Origin: Nitrospirales bacterium
GTDB taxonomy: Bacteria > Nitrospirota > Nitrospiria > Nitrospirales > UBA8639
Length of the DNA: 64,000 nucleotides
Assembly: GCA_021604005.1 (NCBI GenBank)
Contig: BQIV01000007.1
Coordinates: forward strand, 28,629-92,628
Direction of reading: 5' to 3'
Below, in pieces: positions 29,761 to 39,049 of the stretch. The position numbers and the translations under genes are program-made. The notes under the pieces are model-generated. The model was not told the DNA's origin. It searched no databases and saw only the letters and a program-made list of their open reading frames with translations. The stretch's first letter is position 1. Each line of letters begins with the position of its first letter.

Positions 29761-31752
29761 ATGACGATGCCACAACTCTTCAAAGGCATGGAAGATATTG
29801 AAGAAGCTCGTGAGCAGATTGCCGGATCGAGCTTTATGGGAGGTCTCTTCCTCGGGCATCCTGAATTTCATTTGCTCTGTTTGCCAGATGAACCAGCGGA
29901 AGAAAAAGAGATTGGAGAAGCCTATTGCAGAACAATAGAAGACTTTCTCCGACGTCATGTCGACCCGGATGAGATTGAACGAACGGCAAAAATTCCCGAA
30001 CATGTACTCAGCGGGTTACAGAATCTTGGCGCATTCGGCATGAAAATACCCAAAGAGTACGGAGGATTGGGGTTCTCCCATACCAACTATGGCCGTGTGT
30101 TGATGCTCATGGCGAGTTGGAGCAATATTTTGTCATTGACTGTTGCCGTTCCTCAATCCATAGGGATTGCCATGCCGATTCTTCTTTTTGGCAATACGGA
30201 ACAGAAGAAAAAGTATCTCCCTCGTGTGGCCCGAAAAGAAATCTCTGCATTTGCGCTCACGGAACCCCAGACCGGTTCGGATGCTGCCAATATTCAAACC
30301 GAGGCTATCTTAAATGCAGCGGGTACACATTTTCTCGTCAATGGCGAGAAGCTTTGGTGTACGAATGGTCCAATTGCCAGTGTCGTCACGCTTATTGCAC
30401 GTGTTCCCTCTAAAAGGGAAACGCGGCATGGTCAGACGGCTTGGGTTCCCGTGCGGGAGGGAAAGGGGGCGGAACGCCAGGTTCACACGGCCTTTATTCT
30501 AGAAATGAACAGCGAGGGTGTAACCGTTCAGCAGCGGTGTCAATTCGAAGGCTGCCGCGGTATTGAAAATGCTCACATGACCTTCTCTGACGTGCGTATT
30601 CCTGTTGAGAATGTTATTGGTGAGGTTGGGAAGGGACTGAAGTATGCGTTTTCGATTCTGAATGTAGGGCGCGCGATCAGTGTTCCTGCCATTTGTGTGG
30701 GAATGGCAAAGCAGGCCTGGCAACCCACATTGGATCGAGTGAATTCCAGGGTCACCTTTCAAAAACCGCTCAGTCAACGACAGACGCAAATGGTGCGCAC
30801 TGGGCAGATGGCTGCGAATCTCTTTGCCATGGAGGCTCTGTCTGCACTTGTTTGGCATATGGCAGATCACGAAACCTATGATATTCGTATCGAAGCGGCC
30901 ATTGCCAAAATTCGTTGTTCGGAAAAGACCATTCAATTTCTCAAAGACGCCCAGATCATTTTTGGGGGAATGGGCTATGAAACTGCAGATTCCAAACGTG
31001 TACGGGGAGAGCCAGCGTTTGTGATAGAACAACTCGTCCGCGATGCTGAAATGTCGCGTATCGGAGAGGGTGCCACCGACATTTTACGTCCGTTTGTCGC
31101 ACGTGAAGCGCTCAATCCACATTTAGAGAAGACCAAACGATACCTTGACGAACATGGAAGTGCCTTTACCCGAATGCGTGAAATCTTCAATTTATTCCAA
31201 TGGTACCTTCCTCAATATTGGGGGCACTGGAAACGTAAACCCTTGCCTTCTCGACAAGAGATGCGACATCCCAACGTCCACAAACATTTGTGCTATGTGG
31301 AACATGCAAGTCGAAAGCTGGCTCGGGCCATCCTCTATGCTCTGGCTCTTCATCGAGAAGCCCTCCGTGACGATCAAGGGCGGCAGAGTCGAATTGAAAT
31401 GGTCGGGGAAGATCTTCTCACCATTGCCGCAACATCCTTGTATGCCGCATCACAGTCTCGACTTGGGACAGATGCTGGGCTGTGGGACCTCGCCAATGAA
31501 GTCTTTCGCACACATCGTGTGCGGATTGATCGCATGATTACGGAAATCATTCACAATGATGATAAGGAGACGGCCGCAGTAGGAACACGTGCGCTGCTTG
31601 GTCGATACCCCTCTCTCACTAACGGGATTATCGAGCGGGGTCTTGATGACTATCTTTCGAAAGGCACAGTCCGCCTTTTCAGACAAGGACAAGAAGGATT
31701 CGTTGAACATACGGTTCGTGATAAAAACGTGGTGACTGTGTTACGGCCGTAA
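29761..31752 (+). CDS. Large acyl-CoA dehydrogenase (663 aa, with a C-terminal extension)
   Basis: GAFGMKIPKEYGGLG, FALTEPQTGSDAA, LWCTNG and GGMGYE. A strong SD (taaggaggg) sits upstream. Confidence 0.88.
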   Translation: MTMPQLFKGMEDIEEAREQIAGSSFMGGLFLGHPEFHLLCLPDEPAEEKEIGEAYCRTIEDFLRRHVDPDEIERTAKIPEHVLSGLQNLGAFGMKIPKEYGGLGFSHTNYGRVLMLMASWSNILSLTVAVPQSIGIAMPILLFGNTEQKKKYLPRVARKEISAFALTEPQTGSDAANIQTEAILNAAGTHFLVNGEKLWCTNGPIASVVTLIARVPSKRETRHGQTAWVPVREGKGAERQVHTAFILEMNSEGVTVQQRCQFEGCRGIENAHMTFSDVRIPVENVIGEVGKGLKYAFSILNVGRAISVPAICVGMAKQAWQPTLDRVNSRVTFQKPLSQRQTQMVRTGQMAANLFAMEALSALVWHMADHETYDIRIEAAIAKIRCSEKTIQFLKDAQIIFGGMGYETADSKRVRGEPAFVIEQLVRDAEMSRIGEGATDILRPFVAREALNPHLEKTKRYLDEHGSAFTRMREIFNLFQWYLPQYWGHWKRKPLPSRQEMRHPNVHKHLCYVEHASRKLARAILYALALHREALRDDQGRQSRIEMVGEDLLTIAATSLYAASQSRLGTDAGLWDLANEVFRTHRVRIDRMITEIIHNDDKETAAVGTRALLGRYPSLTNGIIERGLDDYLSKGTVRLFRQGQEGFVEHTVRDKNVVTVLRP

Positions 31753-32550
31753 TCGTACGATTGTGAGAAGGTGTTCTGCAAAGATTCCTCGTTAACAAAA
31801 GAGAAAACAGCGGGGGAGTTTGAATGCGTTTTCGTACTGAACCCAAGAGGCCTCCTTATCTGAGATATTGTCAGTATGAATAACAAGCATTCGTAGGTTG
31901 ATTTTTATGGCGACTCGTGCATGAAGTTTGGTACTTGTCATTTCAATTATCGCCTCACTCGTATGATGAAGGTGCTCATCCCTCGCACTTTCATCCGATT
32001 GTGTCGAGCCATGTTCGTGTTCGTCAGTTACATGCAAACGAGCGAATTCATGGGTGGCTGGTCATGGGTATTTGTTGACATGTCAGCACGGGACATTGGC
32101 AACGCTACACATCAGGCAACTTATTTGGTGTGCTTGGTGGATGAATTCGTGTTTTGATCATGATTGGCATGGTCGCCAGCATCTCTTCTATTTGGTTCAT
32201 GTGGCGCATTATAAATATCAATACTGAGCATTAACGCGACTACCAATGCCGCGATTCCTAGGACAATGCTCTAATATACTAAGGCCATGAGACATCCTCT
32301 TTCATTGCATGGTTTTTTTCAGCCAATAAGCCTTTAGGTCATGAATAATGACTCAAGGCTTATCCTCGGTACTGTGCCTCGCCCCTTCTTCCTTTTCCTT
32401 GAAGTCTATTGCCCTTATAGTTTTTAAACTTTTCATTAAGACCTATTCATCTGGGAAGTCGTGGTGTCAGAAGAGCTTTTGCTCAAGAACATTACTATTC
32501 CCATTCGCTTATTCGTATGCATTTCTTATGGTCCTAGATTTTTGCATTCT

Positions 32551-32692
32551 GCCGGGAGTCGTCCCGGCGGTCGAGGCCCTTTTGTTTCGGCAAAAGGACC
32601 CAAAACCATGAACGCCCAGGCCAGGCTCATCGGATGAGATGAACTCCGGTTGGTGGGGCGGGCTAACTCGCTGCGCTCAAACAAGCCTGCCC
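32551..32692. other. Cluster of four consecutive stem-loops (REP-like element or structured RNA)
   Basis: Hairpin 1: gccggga/tcccggc (32551-32568). Hairpin 2: ggcccttttg/caaaaggacc with one mismatch (32575-32600). Hairpin 3: ctcatc/gatgag (32626-32638). Hairpin 4: gggcgggct/agcctgccc with one G-U pair (32656-32692). Confidence 0.4.
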
Positions 32693-32842
32693 AGCATGAG
32701 AGGCGTTCACTCAACGGACTGGCCTGCAGGCGTCAGGTCATAGGTACTGAGAAAAAGTTAAAATACAATAGTACTTCGGCCCGATTCCCCCAAGCTCTTT
32801 TGAACATGTTGCAGCTTGATGATGAGCAGTGCCCATCATTGT

Positions 32843-33814
32843 TTAAACTGCCTTACGATAAAGATCCCGATAGAGTTCTTGAATCTTGGTACTGACGTCC
32901 TCGGGTTGACGCTGACGAGGCGCTGAAAAGGTGAAGCCCAGCAAGAACACCACGATGAGACCGGCAAATGCCGCGATCATGTACCCAAATGGAATCTCCG
33001 GGAAAGCTCGTGCTTCTATAACCTCCATCTCGGGCATGCTCTGGATTCCTAAGGCCTGTTGCATGTTCACCTCAGGTCGTGTGAATCGGGCGAATTGATT
33101 GGATGGTTGAGCCTCGGTTCGTACGGCTGCCGCGGTCAGAGCTCCTAATTGATTTTTGATTTCGGCGCTTTTTGTCAGGTAACGATGTTGTGTGGATGCT
33201 AACTCTACAGTCTGTTTACCAATCTGTTCTTGCACGTGACCAGCGAAGTGCTGTTCCCTTTGGGCTGCTGCAATAATCCATTGTCCAAGGCGGGGCTGCC
33301 AATTCTTAGCGAACTGTTTGTTCATTAAATTACCCATAGCCTGAGCGGTGGCGATGATGCGGTCGTTAAACTTGTTGGAAAGATTGTCTGCAGAAAGCAC
33401 TCCGGCCCGAACTCCTTGCCGTGTAAGATTGACAATAATCTTGCCCATCACATATTGGACTTGAGCGTCATGGTCAGCTTTAAACTGAGCCGCTTGAGCT
33501 TTGATCGTATCAAGTCCTTCAATTGGTGTATGAGTCGCTGCCGCTGTTGCGCGCGCAAGTTTCTTGGCTTTTTGTGTAATGTCGGTGGCAAATTGGTGTT
33601 CTAGTATGGTGCCGTCGACTATGGCTCGTCCCATCGCTGGTTGCAACATCGATTGCAGCATGAGTTTCAAGGGGGGATGTGGTGCAGTCTGGGTGGAGGT
33701 GGTCACCGCCAATGAGCCTCCGTAGCTAGCTTTAAAAAGCAGATATCCTCCAAATAAGGTGGCAACCATTCCAATGGCTACCAAGATGTCGACGATTTCA
33801 AGTTTTCTATTCAT
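32843..33814 (-). CDS. Hypothetical membrane protein (TM helices at the N- and C-terminus, Ala/Gln-rich helical middle)
   Basis: I prefer ATG 33814 (SD aaggaag at 6 nt) over the track start at 33898. MNRKLEIVDILVAIGMVATLFGGYLLF ... IPFGYMIAAFAGLIVVFLLGF. Confidence 0.6.
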   Translation of the reverse strand: MNRKLEIVDILVAIGMVATLFGGYLLFKASYGGSLAVTTSTQTAPHPPLKLMLQSMLQPAMGRAIVDGTILEHQFATDITQKAKKLARATAAATHTPIEGLDTIKAQAAQFKADHDAQVQYVMGKIIVNLTRQGVRAGVLSADNLSNKFNDRIIATAQAMGNLMNKQFAKNWQPRLGQWIIAAAQREQHFAGHVQEQIGKQTVELASTQHRYLTKSAEIKNQLGALTAAAVRTEAQPSNQFARFTRPEVNMQQALGIQSMPEMEVIEARAFPEIPFGYMIAAFAGLIVVFLLGFTFSAPRQRQPEDVSTKIQELYRDLYRKAV

Positions 33815-34155
33815 AGCTACTTCCTTTCTTTTGTGATCCCGATATTCGTTTGAGGTGTACCTAACTATTTTCATAGACAGTGACGATGGAAAGAGCACTC
33901 CAAAGTTGTTTCGATCTCTCTAATTTCTAATGTGCGATTCTAATGCCTATTTCCCTGCCTTCTTAACAGCTTGATTCTCTGTAATTTTTAGAAGACGGCA
34001 ATTCCCATCGCTACATGTTGTTGGTTGAATTGCACCACACACTGGACGAAATCCACCAAGAAATTGGTAAAATAAGGATAGAGTTCGTCTTCCTCAGCAT
34101 GTCACACGAGCAATGACGTGAGGGACATAACCCCCAGGTGATTGGGGCTTGAGCC

Positions 34156-35091
34156 ATGAGCCTATCCATTGGGAAAGGTGGCATTTACAAGACGTTCGTC
34201 GTCGCGTCTCTCATTGTAAGAATTGTCCCAGGCATTTCGGCCTTTTTTGCTATTTACGTTTCTTGTACGGCTGGTCCTACGCATTCCATCGGAAATAGTT
34301 TTCAAGAGATCTCGCGTTCGCCTGCCAACTGGGTTGTGGCAGCGATAGAGGCGGAGTTCTGGCGTGCCATTCACCGAGATATTTTTCAGAAAGCCATTGT
34401 CCCGATCCGTGTCGGTGAAACCGGACATGGCATACATGCAGAGGTTGTCACATTGTGCTCCACGCCTATGTCGAATTGGCAGAGAGTTCGAACTGATGGT
34501 CATGGCAGATCCCATTCTATAATTAGGGTGGTTCCCGTTCACTTTATCCATCAAGTGGATCGTCAGAATCATCAGATTATTGACTTCTTACGGTATGCTT
34601 GGCAAAAGCCCCCAGACCCGAAACAGATTTCTTCCGGAACGTTGGTGAAGCAGGCTCTGGACCAGTGGTACGTCCAGGGGCAATCCAATCGCATTGAGGT
34701 TCAAATTGACTGTGACCCTCACCTTTCGGGTCTTTTTGTTGATCCAGAACAGATCAAAGAATCCATCGTGAATTTACTGATGAATGTACGTGAAGCGATG
34801 TCTGATGGAGGAGACGATGAACGTCTTATTTTGGAGCTTGCCGACTCCGGCTGCGGTATACCGCCTGCTATTAAAACGGATTGTTCAGTATTATGACCAT
34901 TTGACCAAACCATTGTTCCCTTCTTTGCCACGAAAGACTAAGGGACCGGCTTCGGACTCACTAATGTCAAGCGTCTGCTAGAGGGCAACGGTGCACATGT
35001 TCGTGAGAATAGTATGAAAGTCCGCGGTATCCAATTTGTCCTTTCTCTCCCATTAATCATGCAAGGTGGTTTGGTGGAAAGGAATCTGTGA
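34156..35091 (+). pseudogene. Degenerate sensor histidine kinase (HATPase_c recognisable, two in-frame stops)
   Basis: A single frame reads ..VHFIHQVDRQNHQIIDFLRYA.. (decayed H-box), ESIVNLLMNVREAM (N-box), ELADSGCGIPP (G1), then TGA at 34894. It continues PFDQTIVPFFATKD, TAA at 34939, then GTGFGLTNVKRLLEGNGAHV (G2) and stops at 35089, 4 nt before the response regulator ATG. The N-terminal 130 codons show no recognisable sensor domain. Confidence 0.55.
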
Positions 35092-35095
35092 TCCC

Positions 35096-36487
35096 ATGTC
35101 TTCGGCTCACACTCTTCTGATTATTGAAGATGAAGAACGGATGTGTCGTGTGCTTGAATTGGCGCTCAGGCCGGAAGGTTATGAATTGGTTCTGGCGAAA
35201 ACCGTCCAAGAAGGGTTCGAACGGCTTCATGATCTTCATCGATTGGACCTTATCTTGACGGATCTTCAGATTGGATCTGTCTCCGGTCTCGATATTTTAG
35301 AGGCTGCCACACAACTGTCCCCGGAGGTCCCCGTGGTCATCATTTCGGGCTATGGAACAGTAAAGTTCGCAGTCGAAGCAACGCGGAAAGGTGCCTATGA
35401 CTGCATTCCAAAACCTGTGGATCATGAAGAATTGAAGATCGTCGTTCGGCGTGCGTTGGCCATGCGGCAGTTAACTCAAGAAAATGAGTCCCTCAAATAT
35501 CGACTTTCCACACACATCAGTTTTGAACGAATCGTTGCGGTTTCACCTCAAATGAAGGAAATCATTAGGCTGGGAAGGGAAGTTGCGAATACCGACACCA
35601 CTATTCTTATTACTGGAGAGAGTGGGACCGGTAAAGAAATTGTGGCACACGCGATTCATCACGAAAGTGCCCGTGCCCGTCGGCCGTTTCTAGCAGTTAA
35701 TTGTGCGGGAATCCCTGATGAATTACTTGAATCCGAATTGTTCGGCTACGAGAAGGGAGCATTTACCGACGCGAAAAAATCAAAACCGGGCAGGTTTCAA
35801 CTCGCAGAAGGAGGAACATTGTTTCTCGATGAGGTTGGAGCCATGAGTGTATCTGCACAGGCCAAGGTACTCCGAGTCATGGAAGACCGAATTGTGTATC
35901 CGCTCGGTGGAGTCCGGGGAGTAAAGGTGAATATTCGGATTATGGCTGCGACTCACGATGATCTGACGGCATTGATACACAAGGGCCAATTTCGTGATGA
36001 TCTGTTCTATCGCCTTCATGTATATCCCATACATCTTCCTCCCCTTCGAGAGCGGCGTGACGACATTGTTCCTATCAGTCAGGCCTATCTAATCCAAGCC
36101 CACCGTGAGCGAGGGAGCCGACCTTGTCGATTCACTCCCGACGCCCTGTCGGTCCTAGAGCAGTACGCCTGGCCAGGAAATATACGTGAGCTTCAACACG
36201 TGATTGAATGGGTGCTTGTGACCTGCAAGGAAGAGACCATTGGTGTCGAGCACCTTCCAACGGATATTCGCATGAACCAACAGGTTCGTCCCACACTGCC
36301 TTCGCTCCTTTCCTTAGGGTTGTCGGTTGAACAAGTTGAAGAAGCCATGATGAAAGAAGCGCTTGCGAAGACGAGTGGTAATATTTCTGAAGCCTGCCGT
36401 CTCCTGGGTATGACGCGGAACACGCTCCGGTATCGTATGGAAAAATTTGGTATCAGTTCGAGAAAGGTTTCGAAACATGACGTTTGA
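35096..36487 (+). CDS. Sigma54-dependent response regulator (NtrC family: REC + AAA+ + Fis-type HTH)
   Basis: REC: LLIIEDEE...LILTDLQIG..SGLD. AAA+: ITGESGTGKE, EKGAFTDA (a variant of GAFTGA) and GGTLFLDEV. HTH: NISEACRLLGMTRNTLRYRMEKFGI. Confidence 0.9.
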   Translation: MSSAHTLLIIEDEERMCRVLELALRPEGYELVLAKTVQEGFERLHDLHRLDLILTDLQIGSVSGLDILEAATQLSPEVPVVIISGYGTVKFAVEATRKGAYDCIPKPVDHEELKIVVRRALAMRQLTQENESLKYRLSTHISFERIVAVSPQMKEIIRLGREVANTDTTILITGESGTGKEIVAHAIHHESARARRPFLAVNCAGIPDELLESELFGYEKGAFTDAKKSKPGRFQLAEGGTLFLDEVGAMSVSAQAKVLRVMEDRIVYPLGGVRGVKVNIRIMAATHDDLTALIHKGQFRDDLFYRLHVYPIHLPPLRERRDDIVPISQAYLIQAHRERGSRPCRFTPDALSVLEQYAWPGNIRELQHVIEWVLVTCKEETIGVEHLPTDIRMNQQVRPTLPSLLSLGLSVEQVEEAMMKEALAKTSGNISEACRLLGMTRNTLRYRMEKFGISSRKVSKHDV

Positions 36488-36629
36488 ACTGTTTCTATAA
36501 TAGGATTATGATTCATGTATGAAACGCAACGGTTCAAAATCATAAATCTGAAAGGAGCAAAGGAACGTGTTCCCATTGGCCTGATTGAACATTTACAAGC
36601 ATTGTCAGTGAATTCATGGAGGCTGACGC

Positions 36630-37925
36630 ATGCCGTTCTGGAATTCAAAACACGAGCGGGAGAACGAAGAGCCAACCTGTTCATTTTGTAAAAGAGCCAA
36701 GGGTGTCGTAAAAAGTCTGATGCAAGCTCCGGCTGAGTATTCTTGCGCTGGATGCCATAGGGTGCAGCCGCTTCTTCTCTGCAAGGAATGTTTTCAGCAA
36801 TGCGCCGAGTTTTTTGCACGTGAAAGCCCCCAGCCCGACCACAGTGAACCTCAACAAGAACAAGTTCAACTTCCCTCTCCTCCAGAGATTAAGGCCATTT
36901 TAGATCAATATGTGATTGGGCAGGACGGAGCCAAAAAGGTTCTCTCAGTTGCTGTCCACAATCACTATAAACGTGTGTTTAGTGCGAAAGACTTAAAAGA
37001 TGTTGAACTGCAGAAGGGAAATGTGATGTTGATTGGGCCAACGGGAACCGGAAAAACACTCCTTGCCCAAACTCTTGCTAAAATTCTTCACGTGCCTTTT
37101 GCGATCGCTGATGCCACAACGGTAACGGAAGCTGGTTATGTGGGGGAAGATGTGGAGAATGTGGTACTCAAACTTTTGCAAGCGTGCGATTTTGATGTCG
37201 CACGCGCGCAAATTGGTATTATCTATCTTGACGAAATCGATAAGATCAGTCGGAAATCAGAAGGTGCCTCTATTACACGGGATGTCTCTGGGGAGGGGGT
37301 GCAACAGGCGTTGCTCAAGCTCGTCGAGGGGATCATTTGCAATATTCCGCCCAAAGGAGGTCGAAAGCATCCCGAGCAAGAGTTCCTGGGGGTGGACACG
37401 ACGAACATTCTTTTTATTTGTGGAGGAGCCTTTGTTGGGCTTGATGAGTACATCTCACAGCGCACCAATCAAAAACGAATGGGTTTTGAGGTTGAGACTT
37501 CCCCGGCATCGAATATTGTGCCCGACCAGTTGTTGAGACTCGTCCGTCCAGAGGATCTCTTAAAATACGGACTCATTCCAGAGTTCGTCGGGCGTTTCCC
37601 CATCCTGACTACTCTGACCGATCTCAATGTTGAGGATATGATTCGAGTGCTCACAGAACCAAAGAATGCATTGATTAAACAATATTGTGCTCTGTTTGAT
37701 TTAGATCAAATCGAATTGGAGTTTACAGAGGAAGCCATCAAGTCAATTGCAACCCGATCAGTCTCCTTGAAAACCGGAGCCCGTGCTCTCCGATCCATTT
37801 TGGAAGAAGTGATGTTGGATCTCATGTACGATATCCCAGCGCTGAAAGGTGTGGAGAAAATCGTGATCACCCAAGAGGTCATTCAAGGAATCGGACGCCC
37901 TCAACTTTTAAAAATTTCTGCCTAG
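36630..37925 (+). CDS. clpX: ClpX-type AAA+ unfoldase, paralogue with an expanded N-terminal zinc-ribbon
   Basis: CSFC...CAGC...[63 protein letters not shown] and an MGF (IGF-loop-like) motif. No clpP lies in the window. Confidence 0.85.
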   Translation: MPFWNSKHERENEEPTCSFCKRAKGVVKSLMQAPAEYSCAGCHRVQPLLLCKECFQQCAEFFARESPQPDHSEPQQEQVQLPSPPEIKAILDQYVIGQDGAKKVLSVAVHNHYKRVFSAKDLKDVELQKGNVMLIGPTGTGKTLLAQTLAKILHVPFAIADATTVTEAGYVGEDVENVVLKLLQACDFDVARAQIGIIYLDEIDKISRKSEGASITRDVSGEGVQQALLKLVEGIICNIPPKGGRKHPEQEFLGVDTTNILFICGGAFVGLDEYISQRTNQKRMGFEVETSPASNIVPDQLLRLVRPEDLLKYGLIPEFVGRFPILTTLTDLNVEDMIRVLTEPKNALIKQYCALFDLDQIELEFTEEAIKSIATRSVSLKTGARALRSILEEVMLDLMYDIPALKGVEKIVITQEVIQGIGRPQLLKISA

Positions 37926-38150
37926 TCTCTTTTCATCAGGAATGATCAGCCTCTACTGAACGAGGAAATAGAAGATGGTATTTACTTCTCGGCGGGGTGA
38001 TGGAAAAGCATGCCTGTGGGGTTGTCGTACGATGTGAAGTGTCCCCCTGACACAACTGGCGGAGGAGTGAAAAGGGCGAGCCTGTAAGGGGGCACGGATG
38101 GGTTCAATGATTATAGCGAATACAAATACGTTCCAAACGGGAACATACAA

Positions 38151-38247
38151 CTATAGCCGATTCAATTAACTTCCGTACCCCCGACGTGTTGGATACCGCG
38201 TAGAAAGTCCTCAACGTTCAACTGTAATGTATGTGGATTCGCTATAG
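38151..38247 (+). mobile_element. MITE-like unit X (97 bp) bounded by imperfect terminal inverted repeats
   Basis: The left end is ctatagccgattc and the right end is ggattcgctatag (reverse complement ctatagcgaatcc). It is homologous to unit Y at both ends and internally. Confidence 0.5.
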
Positions 38248-38280
38248 CCCAGCGCGGTACAACGTTTCAACCAGCAGAAG

Positions 38281-38392
38281 TTATAGCCGTTCCTTTTACC
38301 TTTTGCTTGTACGACATGTGTGGTTGCGCTGTGTACGTGATATCAATTCGGCTTAGAGTTATGTGGTTACGTTATAATTGAAACGGCTATAA
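38281..38392 (+). mobile_element. MITE-like unit Z (112 bp) with the same terminal motif
   Basis: The left end is ttatagccgttcc and the right end is gaaacggctataa (reverse complement ttatagccgtttc), giving 11 contiguous matching bp. The interior is unrelated to X and Y. Confidence 0.4.
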
Positions 38393-38485
38393 GCACTATC
38401 CGGAGTGACAGTCTGTCGAGCGCTTTTGAAACTGGGTGGAGCGATTGGTTGATGGAGGAAGGGAACGATGTCTTACATGACACGA

Positions 38486-38509
38486 GCCATCTTTCTTGCG
38501 AAAGATGGC
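38486..38509. other. Perfect 10-bp stem with a 4-nt loop, in non-coding DNA
   Basis: gccatctttc ttgc gaaagatggc. No U tract follows on either strand. Confidence 0.3.
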
Positions 38510-39049
38510 CCGTGTATGGCGCTTAGGACGCCTTTATTGCTTGTTTGTTTTTAGCCCAACTGCCGCCTGTGGTCACTCTTTACTCCCATTCGCTTTTGCC
38601 AGTTCTCCTAGAGGTGAAGCCTTTCTCCTGCCTTTTAAGCATTCCCCCTCACCCTCTCCTCTTTCATGACTTGTTTTCAGGTTTTTCTCACCTATGTGCC
38701 AACCAGCACCCCTGGTTCATTGAGGAGGTTTCTTTTGGACAACTCGGTTACAAACGCATAGCCTACCACAAGAAGAAAGACGCTCTTCGCTGGCAGCTGG
38801 TTTTACTTTTTCGGTGGACTAAGGTCTGTCATGAAAGACCCCTCTTTCTTGATAGTCCTACAATTTTGTTACAGCGGGCATCTCATATGGTCTAGCACTA
38901 TAACCTTTTTCATATACACTACATTGCTTGTACTCCTTTAGCCTGAAATTGTCAATCGTTTTAATCACAAGCGAAAAAAATTACTCTCTCGGAATTATCC
39001 GATACGCGACGGGCATTACACCCTCATATTCAACCTACAAGAGATCAGG

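Noticed and set aside
34162-34572. Minus-strand 136-aa ORF opposite the 5' part of the kinase relic
   Set aside because: Arg/Asn-rich with no SD or motifs. Neither strand has convincing coding character here. I treat the region as decayed.
10567-34941. Possibility that the in-frame TAA, TGA and TAG codons reflect stop-codon reassignment or programmed readthrough
   Set aside because: All three stop codons terminate well-supported genes in this window at the expected protein ends. TAG ends ilvD, TGA ends the cupin and mscS genes, and TAA ends prpD. All three types also occur among the lesions. Pseudogenisation is the simpler reading.
33815-36630. Sigma54 (-24/-12) promoters near the sigma54 activator, its neighbours and the prp/BCKDH intergenic regions
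   Set aside because: The candidates have wrong GG-to-GC spacing or lack the GC element. Examples are aGGcagggaaatagGCat upstream of 33814, tGGcctgattgaaca at 36584 and ..ggcggTTGCAt at 56480. None meets TGGCAC-N5-TTGC.
38100-38250. tRNA/tmRNA-like strings (gggttcaatga, tggattcgc) and an RNase-P-like gaaagtcc
   Set aside because: No flanking 5-bp T-stem, no acceptor-stem pairing, and no CCA or resume-codon context. The RNase P CR-I consensus GAGGAAAGUCCGGGC is not matched beyond 7 nt. The strings are better explained as parts of the TIR repeat units.
38545-38895. 116-aa ORF in the gene-poor stretch
   Set aside because: Leu/Pro/Ser/Phe-rich low-complexity product with no SD and no motif. It overlaps a CT-rich tract (ccccctcaccctctcctc).
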